The notes beneath the pieces are model-generated. The model was not told the DNA's origin, made no database searches, and saw only the letters and a list, made by a program, of their open reading frames with translations. Shown piece by piece: positions 51,476 to 62,001 of a stretch of 64,000 bases of DNA; the stretch's first letter is position 1, and the number at the start of each line of letters is the position of its first letter. Source of the stretch: Calditrichia bacterium (GTDB lineage: Bacteria > Calditrichota > Calditrichia > RBG-13-44-9 > J075); contig JBOEGD010000027.1 of assembly GCA_050633245.1 (NCBI GenBank), forward strand, positions 134,624 to 198,623, read 5' to 3'. The position numbers and the translations under genes were made by a program.

Positions 51476-51607
51476 GGCCTGCATCTGACTGTTTCTCACT
51501 TTCCTTTCTCACATCTGTTACTGCCCTATTGCCCTATTGCATCTTGCACCTCACCTCCATAAATTGAAAAAGCCCCGCACGATGAACACGAACAATGGAA
51601 AACAATT

Positions 51608-54226
51608 ATGAACATAGAGCAGAAACGCCTCCTCGAAGAAAAGCAGAAAAAAGCAGCCTGGAAAAAATGGGGTCCCTACCTCACTGAACGTCAATGGGGA
51701 ACGGTTCGCGAAGACTACAGTCCACACGGCACAGCATGGGAATACGTATCGCATGAGATGTCTCGCAGTAAAGCATATCGCTGGGGAGAAGAAGGAATTG
51801 GCGGGATCTGCGATCGCGATCAGCTGCTTTGCCTTGGTCTTGCGCTATGGAACGGTAAGGACCCTTTCCTGAAGGAGAATTTCTTCGGCCTTACCGGGAA
51901 CGAGGGCAATCATGCGGAAGACCTGAAAGAGCACTACTACTTTCTGGACAGCACACCTACGCATTCTTACATGAAGATGCTCTACAAATACCCACAGGCT
52001 GAATTTCCCTATCAGCAGCTGCGCGATGAGAATCGCAAACGCACCAAGACAGATCGCGAGTTTGAGCTGCTCGACACCGGCATCTTCGACGACGATCGCT
52101 ATTTCGACGTCTTTATCGAATACGCCAAGGCCGGACCGGAAGATATTCTTCTGCGCTATACCATTCATAATCGTGGACCGGAGGCAGCCGAGATGCACCT
52201 TCTTCCACAACTATGGTTTCGCAATACCTGGTCTTGGAAAGAAGACTCCCCTCGCCCGGCACTCAAACGCAATGGAAACGGTATTTCCGTTAAGCACCCG
52301 GACTTGCCCTCAATGAGTCTATACTGTGATTCTTCCAATGACATTCTTTTTTGTGAAAACGAATCAAACTATCGCAAGCTATATGGATCATCTAATTCGC
52401 GACTAACAGCGAAAGACGGCATTAATGATTATGTCGTCAACGACATCGAGAATGCCGTCAATGCAGAAGATGAAGGCACCAAAGCGGCCTTTCATGTGCA
52501 ACTAGCCATTCCGGCCGGAGCATCCGAGTCCGTCTGTCTGCGCCTCACTCCCAAGAAGTCGACCAAACCATTTACAGGCTTCGAGGCAACGTTTAAAAAG
52601 CGCCTTGATGAAGCAGATTCCTTTTTTGCACAACTTCAGGATGGAATTAAAAGCGGAGATGCGCGACACGTTCAGCGTCAGGCATTAGCCGGGATGATGT
52701 GGTGTAAACAGTTTTATTACTTCAATATTACCGAGTGGCTGGATGGCGATCCGGCTCAGCCCAAGCCACCTGCCAAGCGCCTGAATGGTCGCAACTCAGA
52801 CTGGCGCCATCTGAACAATGCAGATATAATTTCGATGCCGGACAGTTGGGAATATCCCTGGTATGCTGCCTGGGATCTGGCATTTCACTGTATTCCAATC
52901 GCACTAATAGACTCTCAGTTTGCCAAAGATCAGCTGATGCTGCTCACTCGCGAGTGGTATATGCACCCCAATGGACAGTTACCGGCTTACGAATGGGCAT
53001 TTGGTGACGTGAATCCACCGGTGCATGCCTGGGCAACATGGCGGATTTACAAAATTGATCAAAAGCAAAGCGGCAAAGGCGATATTGAGTTTCTGGAGCG
53101 CGTTTTCCATAAGTTATTACTGAACTTCACCTGGTGGGTCAACCGCAAGGACAAAGGCGGTAACAACATTTTTCAAGGCGGTTTTTTAGGGCTCGACAAT
53201 ATCGGTGTGTTCGACAGAAGTGCCGAGCTTCCTACCGGTGGACATCTGGAACAAGCAGACGGCACCAGCTGGATGGCCATGTATAGCCTTAATATGATGC
53301 GCATTTCTATTGAGCTGGCGCTGAAAGATTCTATCTATGAAGACTTAGCCTGTAAGTTTTTTGAACACTTTTTAAATATCGCTCTCGCAATGACCAACTT
53401 TCGCGGTGATGGCCTTCAGCTTTGGGATGATACCGACGGGTTTTATTATGATCAACTCCATCTGCCGGATGGCAAGCTCATTCCTCTGAAGGTTCGGTCT
53501 CTGGTTGGACTCATTCCTCTCTTCGCAGTTGAAGTTATTGAGCCTTCCACACTGGAGAAGTTGCCAAATTTTAGGGAGCGCCTCGAATGGCTGTTGGAAA
53601 ATCGCCCGGAGCTCGCCGAGTTGGTTAGTCGCTGGGAAGAACCTGGTGTTGGCGAGCGCCGATTGCTGAGCCTGTTGCGTGGCCACCGAATGAAGCTGCT
53701 GCTAAGACGAATGCTGGACGAGAGTGAGTTCCTGTCTGACTATGGAATTCGCGGACTTTCCAAAGTTCATAAAGACGTACCGTATAAACTTGACATTCAG
53801 GGCAAAACGTTTTCAGTTGCCTATACACCTGCAGAATCTGATACACGTTTATTTGGAGGGAACTCTAACTGGCGCGGGCCTATCTGGTTTCCTGTAAATT
53901 ACCTCCTCATTGAATCTCTTCAACGTTTTCATCATTATTATGGTGATGACTTTCTGGTAGAGTATCCCAGTTACTCTGGAAAATATCATACCATAAAAGA
54001 GATTGCCGACAAACTTTCCGAACGCTTAACACGTATATTTCTATGTGACGAAGATGGAAAAAGAGCGGTCTATACCAATAGTAGAAAAGAGCAGGAGGAT
54101 CCGCATTTTCGGGACTATCTGTTGTTCTACGAGTATTTTCACGGAGACAATGGTCGCGGTGTTGGGGCAGCGCATCAAACCGGTTGGACTGGCTTGATTG
54201 CTAAGTTGCTGCAGCCGCGTCGATAA
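51608..54226 (+). CDS. MGH1-like / GH63-related glucosidase
   Basis: [66 protein letters not shown]. Confidence 0.92.
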   Translation: MNIEQKRLLEEKQKKAAWKKWGPYLTERQWGTVREDYSPHGTAWEYVSHEMSRSKAYRWGEEGIGGICDRDQLLCLGLALWNGKDPFLKENFFGLTGNEGNHAEDLKEHYYFLDSTPTHSYMKMLYKYPQAEFPYQQLRDENRKRTKTDREFELLDTGIFDDDRYFDVFIEYAKAGPEDILLRYTIHNRGPEAAEMHLLPQLWFRNTWSWKEDSPRPALKRNGNGISVKHPDLPSMSLYCDSSNDILFCENESNYRKLYGSSNSRLTAKDGINDYVVNDIENAVNAEDEGTKAAFHVQLAIPAGASESVCLRLTPKKSTKPFTGFEATFKKRLDEADSFFAQLQDGIKSGDARHVQRQALAGMMWCKQFYYFNITEWLDGDPAQPKPPAKRLNGRNSDWRHLNNADIISMPDSWEYPWYAAWDLAFHCIPIALIDSQFAKDQLMLLTREWYMHPNGQLPAYEWAFGDVNPPVHAWATWRIYKIDQKQSGKGDIEFLERVFHKLLLNFTWWVNRKDKGGNNIFQGGFLGLDNIGVFDRSAELPTGGHLEQADGTSWMAMYSLNMMRISIELALKDSIYEDLACKFFEHFLNIALAMTNFRGDGLQLWDDTDGFYYDQLHLPDGKLIPLKVRSLVGLIPLFAVEVIEPSTLEKLPNFRERLEWLLENRPELAELVSRWEEPGVGERRLLSLLRGHRMKLLLRRMLDESEFLSDYGIRGLSKVHKDVPYKLDIQGKTFSVAYTPAESDTRLFGGNSNWRGPIWFPVNYLLIESLQRFHHYYGDDFLVEYPSYSGKYHTIKEIADKLSERLTRIFLCDEDGKRAVYTNSRKEQEDPHFRDYLLFYEYFHGDNGRGVGAAHQTGWTGLIAKLLQPRR

Positions 54227-54252
54227 AACAACATCAACCGGAGGCAAACAGA

Positions 54253-54450
54253 ATGGCAAACCTAATAGGCACAACCGCAGGCGAACTTTGGCAATACCTT
54301 GAAGAGAATGGCGAAACCACTTTGGCAACGCTAAAGAAAAAAGTTTCAGGTGGCAGCGACCTGGTCAATCAGGCAATTGGCTGGCTTGCTCGCGAAAACA
54401 AACTTGAAGTAATCCGCAAGGGACGTTCGGTTAAGGTCAAGCTTCGCTAG
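54253..54450 (+). CDS. Small winged-helix protein (DUF2582-like)
   Basis: IG..AG.LW.YL...G and AIGWLARENK signature; GGAGG RBS. Confidence 0.88.
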   Translation: MANLIGTTAGELWQYLEENGETTLATLKKKVSGGSDLVNQAIGWLARENKLEVIRKGRSVKVKLR

Positions 54451-54467
54451 TATGCGAATAATCAGAT

Positions 54468-54492
54468 TGGAGCAGTTTTGAAAACTGCTCCA
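54468..54492. repeat. Perfect palindrome with two downstream half-site copies
   Basis: TGGAGCAGTTTT-G-AAAACTGCTCCA; half-sites at 54507-54518 and 54532-54543. Confidence 0.8.
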
Positions 54493-54627
54493 GTTTAACC
54501 CCAATCAAGACTGCTCCATTTTTTTCTCAATAAAACTGCTTCAGTGTTATTAGCTTCTTTTCTTTTCGCTTGAACATTTCCCCCCCAATGCTATAGATTT
54601 TGTCCTTACCATCAGATAAGGACTATA

Positions 54628-56271
54628 ATGAAACGCACGTGCCCGCTTAGCGGAGTAGAGGTTGATGATGTCGTAACAAACCTCACCCCATCAGAAGACC
54701 AGGATCTTATTAGTGAGATTAACAACGATCATCCCGGTTGGAAACCAGAGCAAGGTATTTCCGCTCGCCTACTGGATCATTATCGTGTACAACACCTAAT
54801 GAAGCTCGGGGAAATACCAACTGCAACACGCTCATTTCCAATCCGTTCGCTCGATAACCACCTTATACCACCAACTCCGTATCGTATGCGCGCAAATCCT
54901 GAGTTCACCGGTAAAGACGTAACCATTTGCTTTATCGACAGCGGGTTTTACCCACATCCCGACTTGCTACAACCACGCAACCGCATTCTTCACATCGAAG
55001 ATATTACCCAACCGAATCGCCCCAGAAAATACTACAATCGCGTCTATGCGAATAGCTGGCATGGAACAATGACCAGCGTTTCCAGCGTTGGAAGCGGCCA
55101 CCTGTCTAATGGGCTTTATCGCGGAATTGCCAGCGATGCCAATGTTGTGTTACTAAAAACCATGGAAAATGGAAGAATTACCGGCGAGCATATTCGTGCG
55201 GCTGTTCAGTGGGCAATTGACAATCGGGAAACCTACAATATTCGCATTATTAATATGTCTATAACCGATGATTACGAAATTCCCTGGCGGGAGAGTCCGG
55301 TGAGCCGGGCTGTTGAGGCGGCATTTGAAGCGGGCATCTGCGTCGTCGCCGCGGTCGGCAACAATCCGAACGCACCTGTTCGTCCTCCCGCAAACTCCCC
55401 AGGTGTTATTGCTGTTGGTGGAACAAACGATCAGAAAACGCGCAATGCGCAAGATGATACGCTCTATCACTCAACCTACGGCAAAACCATTGACGGATTA
55501 TTAAAACCGGACCTGATTGCTCCGGCGATCTGGCTGGCTGCGCCCATTCTTCCAAAGACACAGGATGCGAAGGAAGCAGATATCCTGTTTGAACTTCTGG
55601 AAGCTGGCGACAACAAAATTCGTAAGCTGTTGCAGAGTAATATTGGTGCAACCGGACTAGATGAAAGTCTATTAAATGAAGTTGATGTTGAAACAATCCG
55701 CAATAAAGTCCGTGATCGCGTTGAACGGCTACAATTGATTTCAGCAAATTACAAGCATGTTGATGGAACTTCTTTTGCTGCACCGATCGTTTGCAGTATA
55801 ATCGCACAAATGCTGGAAGCTAATCCAAATCTCACACCACCGCTCGTTAGGGAAATTTTGCTGCAAACCGCCAGGCGCCTACCGGGAAGAGATGTGCGTC
55901 GGCAGGGTTATGGCGTCGTAAACCCAAAGGCCGCGGTAGCAATGGCTATTGAAGAAGCTCACGATCACAACCCTGGTGTACTCAACTCCCCGCAGCTTGG
56001 ACCAAATGGCGACAGTATTGTTTTCTTCTATCACGACCATAATGCCCGGCGCATTAATGTTGGAGGCAGCTTTAACGGTTGGACATGGCAAACGGAACCC
56101 ATGATCCCGCAAGGTGACGGCAACTGGCGGCTGGAAATCCCGATTCTTCCGAGCGGTAAATATGTTTATAAATTCGTAATCGATGGTGAAGTGTGGCGCC
56201 CGGATCCCCGTAACGGCTATCGCGAAGCAGACGGCTATAACGGCCTGAATAGCGTTTTTTGGTTACCGTAA
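54628..56271 (+). CDS. S8 subtilisin-like serine peptidase (AprX-like) with C-terminal CBM48/AMPK-beta-like glycogen-binding domain
   Basis: Catalytic IDSG, HGT, GTSFAAP; KPDLIAP; C-terminal VGGSFNGW...G.W....G.Y.YKFVIDG..W..DP.N; no signal peptide. Confidence 0.9.
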   Translation: MKRTCPLSGVEVDDVVTNLTPSEDQDLISEINNDHPGWKPEQGISARLLDHYRVQHLMKLGEIPTATRSFPIRSLDNHLIPPTPYRMRANPEFTGKDVTICFIDSGFYPHPDLLQPRNRILHIEDITQPNRPRKYYNRVYANSWHGTMTSVSSVGSGHLSNGLYRGIASDANVVLLKTMENGRITGEHIRAAVQWAIDNRETYNIRIINMSITDDYEIPWRESPVSRAVEAAFEAGICVVAAVGNNPNAPVRPPANSPGVIAVGGTNDQKTRNAQDDTLYHSTYGKTIDGLLKPDLIAPAIWLAAPILPKTQDAKEADILFELLEAGDNKIRKLLQSNIGATGLDESLLNEVDVETIRNKVRDRVERLQLISANYKHVDGTSFAAPIVCSIIAQMLEANPNLTPPLVREILLQTARRLPGRDVRRQGYGVVNPKAAVAMAIEEAHDHNPGVLNSPQLGPNGDSIVFFYHDHNARRINVGGSFNGWTWQTEPMIPQGDGNWRLEIPILPSGKYVYKFVIDGEVWRPDPRNGYREADGYNGLNSVFWLP

Positions 56272-56272
56272 T

Positions 56273-56339
56273 AATTGAACAGTGACAATTGAACAGTGAC
56301 AATTGAACAATGACAATTGAACAGTGACAATTGAACAGT
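56273..56339. repeat. 14-bp tandem repeat (AATTGAACAGTGAC)x~4.8
   Basis: Direct reading, between convergent stop codons, followed by degenerate heptamers. Confidence 0.92.
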
Positions 56340-56369
56340 AAATAGTGAACAATAGTCAATGGAAAATGG

Positions 56370-58148
56370 TCATTTAAAATACGTTAACCACAGCAATACT
56401 AACGACATGACGGCAACGATGGCCTGTAGCGGTAGTCCGATTCGCACGAAATCCATAAATTTATAACCTCCGGGACCATAAACCATCAAATTGGTTTGGT
56501 AGCTTATTGGCGTAGCAAAGCTGGCCGCAGCGCCCAAAACAACTGTCATCGCAAATGCTCGCGGATCGGCTTCCATCATTCCGGCAGTTGAGATGGCGAT
56601 AGGAAAGATTAATGCCGCAGTCGCATTATTCGTCATAATCAGCGTATAGAAACTGGTAAGAAAATAGATTGCCGTTACTACGCCCATCACTCCAAATGAA
56701 CTGCTGATCTGCACAATCCCCTCTGCCAATACCTGAGCGACACCGGCCTTTTGAACAGCTGCCGCAACCCCAAGTGATAATGCAATAATAACCAACACCC
56801 GCCAATCGACCATTCGTCTGGCCTCATTTGATGTGACAGTTCTGGTGAGAATCAACAACAGTACTGCACATGCGGCAGACGCCAATAGCGGCAGTCCAAC
56901 CGCGACGGTTAGCAGTAGCATTCCCAGAAAAGCGACAATAGAGACGTAGCCCTGCCACAACGGACGCGAGGGTGGGCTATCCGATCCGGCAATCAGGTAA
57001 AAGTCATTCTTATGGTAGTAACGCTTACGAAAATCACGATTGGCCAACACCAAGAGCGTATCACCCGGATGCAGGCGAATATCACCAATTTTGTTTTGCA
57101 TTCGTTCGCCATGACGATGAATAGCTATAATAACTGCGCCATAGTTGGTACGGAAATTACTATCGCGTACCGTTTTTCCAACCAGCGGAGACACGGAAGA
57201 GATCACGCATTCAAAGGTGCGAATCTGGTTTGAATCGTATTGCTTCAAGTCGAAGTGTGAATCGCGGGTAAGCTGCAGACCAGGGGTCTTTTGCAGATCG
57301 AGAATCGTTTTCGGAACGCCGGTAAAAAAGAGTCGATCTCCCAAACGAATCCGTTCGTCAGGTTTTGCCGGAGCAATCATTTCTTCTTCTCGTTCAATCT
57401 GAAACAAGAACAAACCTTTTAAGTGACGCAACCCGGCAGCTTCTACCGTTTTACCAATACTGGTGTATTCCGGAGTCACCTTTAACTCAATAACGAATTC
57501 GCGGGTATGCTCACCTAGTTCAACAATCGGCTCTTTGCGATCTGGCAATGTGCGATGCCCGATCAAGGCAACATAGAGCATTCCAACAATAGCTACCGGA
57601 ACACCAATTTGCGAAATTTCAAACATGCCCATGCCTTCCATTCCCGCTTCAAGCATCAAACCGTGAACAATCAGGTTGGTGCTGGTGCCAATCAGCGTGC
57701 ACATTCCACCGAAGATAGCAGCATATGAAATGGGAATGAGAAACTTGGAAGATGCTTTGCCGTATTTATCCGCCCAGTTTCGCACGGCGGGAATCATCAT
57801 CGCTACCACAGGCGTATTGTTCATGAACGCGGAAATCGTTGAGATCGGGAGCATAATGCGTAACAGCTTACTCCACATTGGACTGTTGCCCTGCCCAAAC
57901 ACATGTTTATTTAAATGCCTGAGCATGCCGGTATTGTTTAGCGCACCAGCGACAACAAATAACAGAGCAATAGTCAACATACCTTCATTCGAAAAGCCGG
58001 CGAATGCTTCTTTTAATGTGATGACGTCCCCAATAATAAGCAGCATCAACACGCCAAAGACGGTGAGTTCAACCTCCAGGATTTCCCAAAAAAGGAAAAT
58101 AGACATCATCACTACCAGTCCGGCAGTATACCAAAATTCGAATCCCAT
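56370..58148 (-). CDS. SLC13/CitMHS-like permease with two TrkA-C domains (putative sulfate transporter)
   Basis: AFAGFSN, SAFMNNTPVV, GGMCTLIGTSTN, TNNATAA, FATPISYQTNLMVYGPGGY; likely ATG 58148. Confidence 0.9.
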   Translation of the reverse strand: MGFEFWYTAGLVVMMSIFLFWEILEVELTVFGVLMLLIIGDVITLKEAFAGFSNEGMLTIALLFVVAGALNNTGMLRHLNKHVFGQGNSPMWSKLLRIMLPISTISAFMNNTPVVAMMIPAVRNWADKYGKASSKFLIPISYAAIFGGMCTLIGTSTNLIVHGLMLEAGMEGMGMFEISQIGVPVAIVGMLYVALIGHRTLPDRKEPIVELGEHTREFVIELKVTPEYTSIGKTVEAAGLRHLKGLFLFQIEREEEMIAPAKPDERIRLGDRLFFTGVPKTILDLQKTPGLQLTRDSHFDLKQYDSNQIRTFECVISSVSPLVGKTVRDSNFRTNYGAVIIAIHRHGERMQNKIGDIRLHPGDTLLVLANRDFRKRYYHKNDFYLIAGSDSPPSRPLWQGYVSIVAFLGMLLLTVAVGLPLLASAACAVLLLILTRTVTSNEARRMVDWRVLVIIALSLGVAAAVQKAGVAQVLAEGIVQISSSFGVMGVVTAIYFLTSFYTLIMTNNATAALIFPIAISTAGMMEADPRAFAMTVVLGAAASFATPISYQTNLMVYGPGGYKFMDFVRIGLPLQAIVAVMSLVLLWLTYFK

Positions 58149-58253
58149 ACCAGGTATTATCCGTGTCAGAAGTACGTAAAATGACAAAGAGATGCTGAAC
58201 TGGCATCTCTTTATCAAACGAATGTATATGCATTACAGAAGCAACATCATTAG

Positions 58254-59129
58254 CTAGCCGCTTACAGCGGCATATTTGCGTTGATGAAATGCTTCAAGGC
58301 CTTCGAGAATACTCTCCGGAACGGCAAGATCATTGTTGTTACCGGTTCCCATCTTTATCGTGTCTTTATTGGTGCCATGATAGTCACTGCCACCGGAGAT
58401 GATAAAGTCATGCTCCTCAGCCAGTGCGACAAGACGGTCTGTATAAGCCTGAGGCATTGCAGAATAATGCACCTCAAAGCCATCCAGTCCCAATTCTTTC
58501 AGAGCCATAATGCGTTCAACTGCCTCATCAATGCTGTCGTAATGCATGAAGTGTGGATGAGCAAGGATCGCTAAACCACCAGCATCGTGAATCATCTTGA
58601 ACGCATCGTTTTCGTCGAGTTTCATCTTATCCATATATGCAGGCTTTCCCTTCGCCAGATAGATGTCGAAGGCCTCCTGAATTGATGAAACGATACCTTT
58701 GCGCAGCATAATCTTTGCTACGTGCGGGCGCCCAATGGCACCCTCACCGGCTTCGTCCAGCAATTCCTGCATGGTAACGTCCACATTTAAATCATTCAGC
58801 TTAGTGATGATTTTTTGTGCACGCAGATTGCGCTGCTCCATTAAGTAGTTCAGCGTCGTTTTCAACTCTTCAGAGTCCGGATCTAACAACAGACCCAGAA
58901 TATGCATATGGCCATTATTCGGCAACTTTGTATCCACGCTTATTTCCACTCCGGGAATCGCGCGAATACCATATTTTTTACCAAGTTCCATAAATTCAGG
59001 AATACCATCTATGGTGTCGTGATCGGTGAGGGCGATAGCCGTAAGTCCCAGCTCTTTTGCCTCCTGCATGAGCTGTTCCGGCGTCTGACTTCCGTCAGAG
59101 TAGGTGCTGTGCATGTGTAGATCAATCAT
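58254..59129 (-). CDS. PHP-domain phosphoesterase (TrpH/YciV-like)
   Basis: DLHMHSTYSDG, ALTDHD, GVEIS, GRPHVA, LAHP, GGSDYHG. Confidence 0.92.
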   Translation of the reverse strand: MIDLHMHSTYSDGSQTPEQLMQEAKELGLTAIALTDHDTIDGIPEFMELGKKYGIRAIPGVEISVDTKLPNNGHMHILGLLLDPDSEELKTTLNYLMEQRNLRAQKIITKLNDLNVDVTMQELLDEAGEGAIGRPHVAKIMLRKGIVSSIQEAFDIYLAKGKPAYMDKMKLDENDAFKMIHDAGGLAILAHPHFMHYDSIDEAVERIMALKELGLDGFEVHYSAMPQAYTDRLVALAEEHDFIISGGSDYHGTNKDTIKMGTGNNNDLAVPESILEGLEAFHQRKYAAVSG

Positions 59130-59211
59130 GATCGTTCCTTTAATCGTTTTGTGCTTCCATTGCGGTTCTGTACAGTTTCTGGAATCTCACCCTCATGAGT
59201 TCCGAGCAGTT

Positions 59212-59820
59212 CTATAGCGACAAATAGCCGTTGGCTTTAAGGTAGTCAACAACTTTTGCAGCTGCGTCAGCCGGTGTTCCTTCTCCGGTGTCGAGAACCA
59301 TTTCCGGCTTTTCAGGTGCCTCATAAGGCGCGCTAATTCCGGTAAAGTTAGGAATCTCACCACTTCTGGCTTTTTTGTAAAGACCTTTAGGATCGCGGTC
59401 TTCGCATACAGAAAGATCGGTGCTAACATGAATTTCTACAAAATCTCCGTCGCCCATTAGTTCGCGAACCTTGTCACGATCGGCACGATAAGGTGAGATA
59501 AAAGACGCGGTAACCAATGTTCCGGCATCTGTGAACAACTTTGCTACTTCACCAATACGCCGAATGTTTTCCTGGCGGTCTTCGGGGGAAAAACCCAGAT
59601 CTTTATTCAAACCAAAGCGCATATTGTCGCCATCAAGCGGATAGCAGCGAGCACCCATGCTGAAAAGCTGATTCTGCAGTTCAACAGCTACAGTAGATTT
59701 TCCACTGCCAGAGAGACCGGTGAACCAGAGGCATGCGCCTTTGTGCTTATTAAGTTCTTCACGATGTTCCTTTTTTACGTCACCATCATGACGTGTAATA
59801 TTCTTTGACTTGTGATCCAT
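59212..59820 (-). CDS. cysC: Adenylyl-sulfate kinase
   Basis: WFTGLSGSGKST, LDGDN.R.GL..DLGFS..DR.ENIRR, RDPKGLY, FTGISAPYEAP. Confidence 0.97.
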   Translation of the reverse strand: MDHKSKNITRHDGDVKKEHREELNKHKGACLWFTGLSGSGKSTVAVELQNQLFSMGARCYPLDGDNMRFGLNKDLGFSPEDRQENIRRIGEVAKLFTDAGTLVTASFISPYRADRDKVRELMGDGDFVEIHVSTDLSVCEDRDPKGLYKKARSGEIPNFTGISAPYEAPEKPEMVLDTGEGTPADAAAKVVDYLKANGYLSL

Positions 59821-60011
59821 TAGAATACTTTCCTTCCAGAGTTAGCAATTTATATTGTGTTCAGATCGTTGCAAAATTAGGGTGAAGACAGTGGGATGTA
59901 AACCGGAAATTGAAAAAGAGTCGGAACAACCCTCGCGAGTTGAAGCATACCGCAGTCTTGGAACCTATTCCGGAGCATTGCTCCGGAATAGCAAACCTGA
60001 TGCTGCGTGGT

Positions 60012-60971
60012 TTAGGCTTCAGCAGAGAGCCATTCAGCCTCATACTTCTTAGTATACCAAGCGACGGTGCGACGCAGGCCTTCTTCCAACAATACCGGTG
60101 GTTTGAAGTCCAGCGTATTTTCCAGACGAGTAATATCAGCAAACGAGTGCTTGATATCGCCTGCGCGCGGCTCGGTATGAACAGCCTTGATATCCTTATC
60201 GAGAATTTTGTTGATCATCGCGACCAGATCGTTTAGCGTGGTGCGCTCATGCACCGCACAGTTCATAACCACGCCAGGAGGACAATCTACCTCGGTAGCC
60301 CGAATATTCGCTTCAATAGTATTCTGGATATAGGTAAAGTCTCGGCTTTGCTCGCCATCACCGTAAATAACCGGAGATTCATCTCGCAGGATAGCCTTAA
60401 TAAACTTCGGAATAACTGCTGAATACTGTGAGTCCGGATTCTGACGCGGGCCAAAAACGTTAAAATAACGCAGAGCCACGGTGTGCAGACCGTATATACC
60501 GGCAAAGACCTGGAAGTATTTTTCCCCGGCCAGCTTGGATACTGCATAAGGAGAAAGCGGGTTGGGAATCATGTCTTCTTGTTTGGGCAGTTTTTCGCTA
60601 TCTCCATAAACAGATGAAGAAGAAGCCATAACCAGACGCTTTACTTTGGCATCCTTGGCGGCATTCAGAATGTTCAATGTGCCATTTACATTTACATCGT
60701 TCGAAGAAATCGGATCGCTTACAGAGCGCGGAACGGAAGGCAATGCCCCCTGGTGCAGAACAAAATCTACGCCGTCTACGGCATCGCGCACATTATGATA
60801 GTTGCGAAGATCGCCTTCGATAATTTCAATTTTGTCAGCAAATTCTGTCAGATTCTCTCTGAATCCTGTAGAAAAGTTATCGAGAATGCGCACATCATGT
60901 CCACGATTCAACAACTCTTCTGTCAGGTTAGAACCAATAAAGCCTCCACCACCGGTAATCAAATACTTCAT
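60012..60971 (-). CDS. UDP-GlcNAc(A) 4-epimerase-like SDR (WbpP/TviC-like)
   Basis: TGGGGFIGS, HQGALPSVPRS, SPYAVSK, RYFNVFGPRQ.P.S.YSAVIP; ATG 60971 with AGGA RBS. Confidence 0.9.
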   Translation of the reverse strand: MKYLITGGGGFIGSNLTEELLNRGHDVRILDNFSTGFRENLTEFADKIEIIEGDLRNYHNVRDAVDGVDFVLHQGALPSVPRSVSDPISSNDVNVNGTLNILNAAKDAKVKRLVMASSSSVYGDSEKLPKQEDMIPNPLSPYAVSKLAGEKYFQVFAGIYGLHTVALRYFNVFGPRQNPDSQYSAVIPKFIKAILRDESPVIYGDGEQSRDFTYIQNTIEANIRATEVDCPPGVVMNCAVHERTTLNDLVAMINKILDKDIKAVHTEPRAGDIKHSFADITRLENTLDFKPPVLLEEGLRRTVAWYTKKYEAEWLSAEA

Positions 60972-61094
60972 TGCCATATTCCTTTTTGTTTTGTCTTCAC
61001 AACTATAATTATCGTATTTTCCTAGTCCCTTTTGATGCACAAAATGGCAAATATTTTATCAAAATGATGTGACCGTGCTAAAGTCTGATCTTTT

Positions 61095-61607
61095 TTATGC
61101 ACGAGTTGCCACATCTTCATCTTCTAATTTCTCCAGCTGATCGCTATTTACGACAAAACTGGCGGCCTGCCGAATTCCTTCCAACAGGACAACAACGATG
61201 TTGCCACTACGTCTTTCCTGTAAATATCCGCGAATCCCCTCCAGCGGCCCCGAAGTAATTATCACCGAATCGCCTTGCCGTAGCCAGTCTTCCGGAGTAA
61301 GCTCGGTCTTATTCTCGACAAGACGACGCAGCTGCTCAATCTGCCAATGCGGAATTTCTGCCGGCTTGCCGCCGAACCCGATTAGCCGCACAACACCGTC
61401 TGTTTCAAGCGCATAAATGCGGTTTTTCAACTCGATATTGACCAGAACGTAACCTGAGAAAAGGGGTATCTCTACTTGCTTTTTGCGATCTTTCCACTGT
61501 CGCATCTCTGTTGTCATTGGAAGAAAAGCGTCAATCCCTTTTTCTAACAATGCAGAGTGCACGCTCTTTTCATGTCGGGGGCGAGTATATAATGCATACC
61601 ATGCCAT
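61095..61607 (-). CDS. upxY: UpxY/RfaH-type NusG-paralog transcription antiterminator
   Basis: WYALYTRPRHEK, QWKDRKK.VE.PLF.GY, KOW GD.V.I..GPL.G..G; ATG 61607 with GAGG RBS. Confidence 0.9.
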   Translation of the reverse strand: MAWYALYTRPRHEKSVHSALLEKGIDAFLPMTTEMRQWKDRKKQVEIPLFSGYVLVNIELKNRIYALETDGVVRLIGFGGKPAEIPHWQIEQLRRLVENKTELTPEDWLRQGDSVIITSGPLEGIRGYLQERRSGNIVVVLLEGIRQAASFVVNSDQLEKLEDEDVATRA

Positions 61608-62001
61608 CAATTGTTTCCTCTGAAGATTCCGGCGGTTTGTGTACCAGCTTGGCACATTACGCTCATTATCGGCAACGAAGCGCAATAATCAACGTATTTT
61701 CTTCGATTTCGTGTCAGCAATATCGCTGCCGGGAAAACTATAGAGGGAAAGGAGCGGATGCAAATAAAACCTGAATAGAAATGTCTGATAAATCTTACAA
61801 TGTTTTCTGCTCAACTTGTATATATCTGCAACTGCCGCCAATATGGCACCATATCACAAACGTCCCGTGATATGTCCCAAGAAATGATTGAGGGGAAATT
61901 TGAAATGGGTGGGTGCGGTTAAAGAAGCATTTCGATGCGAAGAAAAATCAGTGTTGTAGAAAAACAGCCCACCACGATTATCATCGGCTGTTGTAGTTAA
62001 C

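Noticed and set aside
50706-51754. Several 60-90 aa ORFs in the divergent intergenic region
   Set aside because: Mutually overlapping, no RBS or motifs, partly translated repeats
56072-56359. ORFs with repeated peptides (LFNCHCS here; VNAQSSL at 46616..46825)
   Set aside because: Artefacts of translating the 14-bp and 34-bp DNA repeats
57676-58179. Long antisense ORFs (also 20360..20848, 13699..14178, 62272..62796)
   Set aside because: Shadows of well-supported genes on the opposite strand
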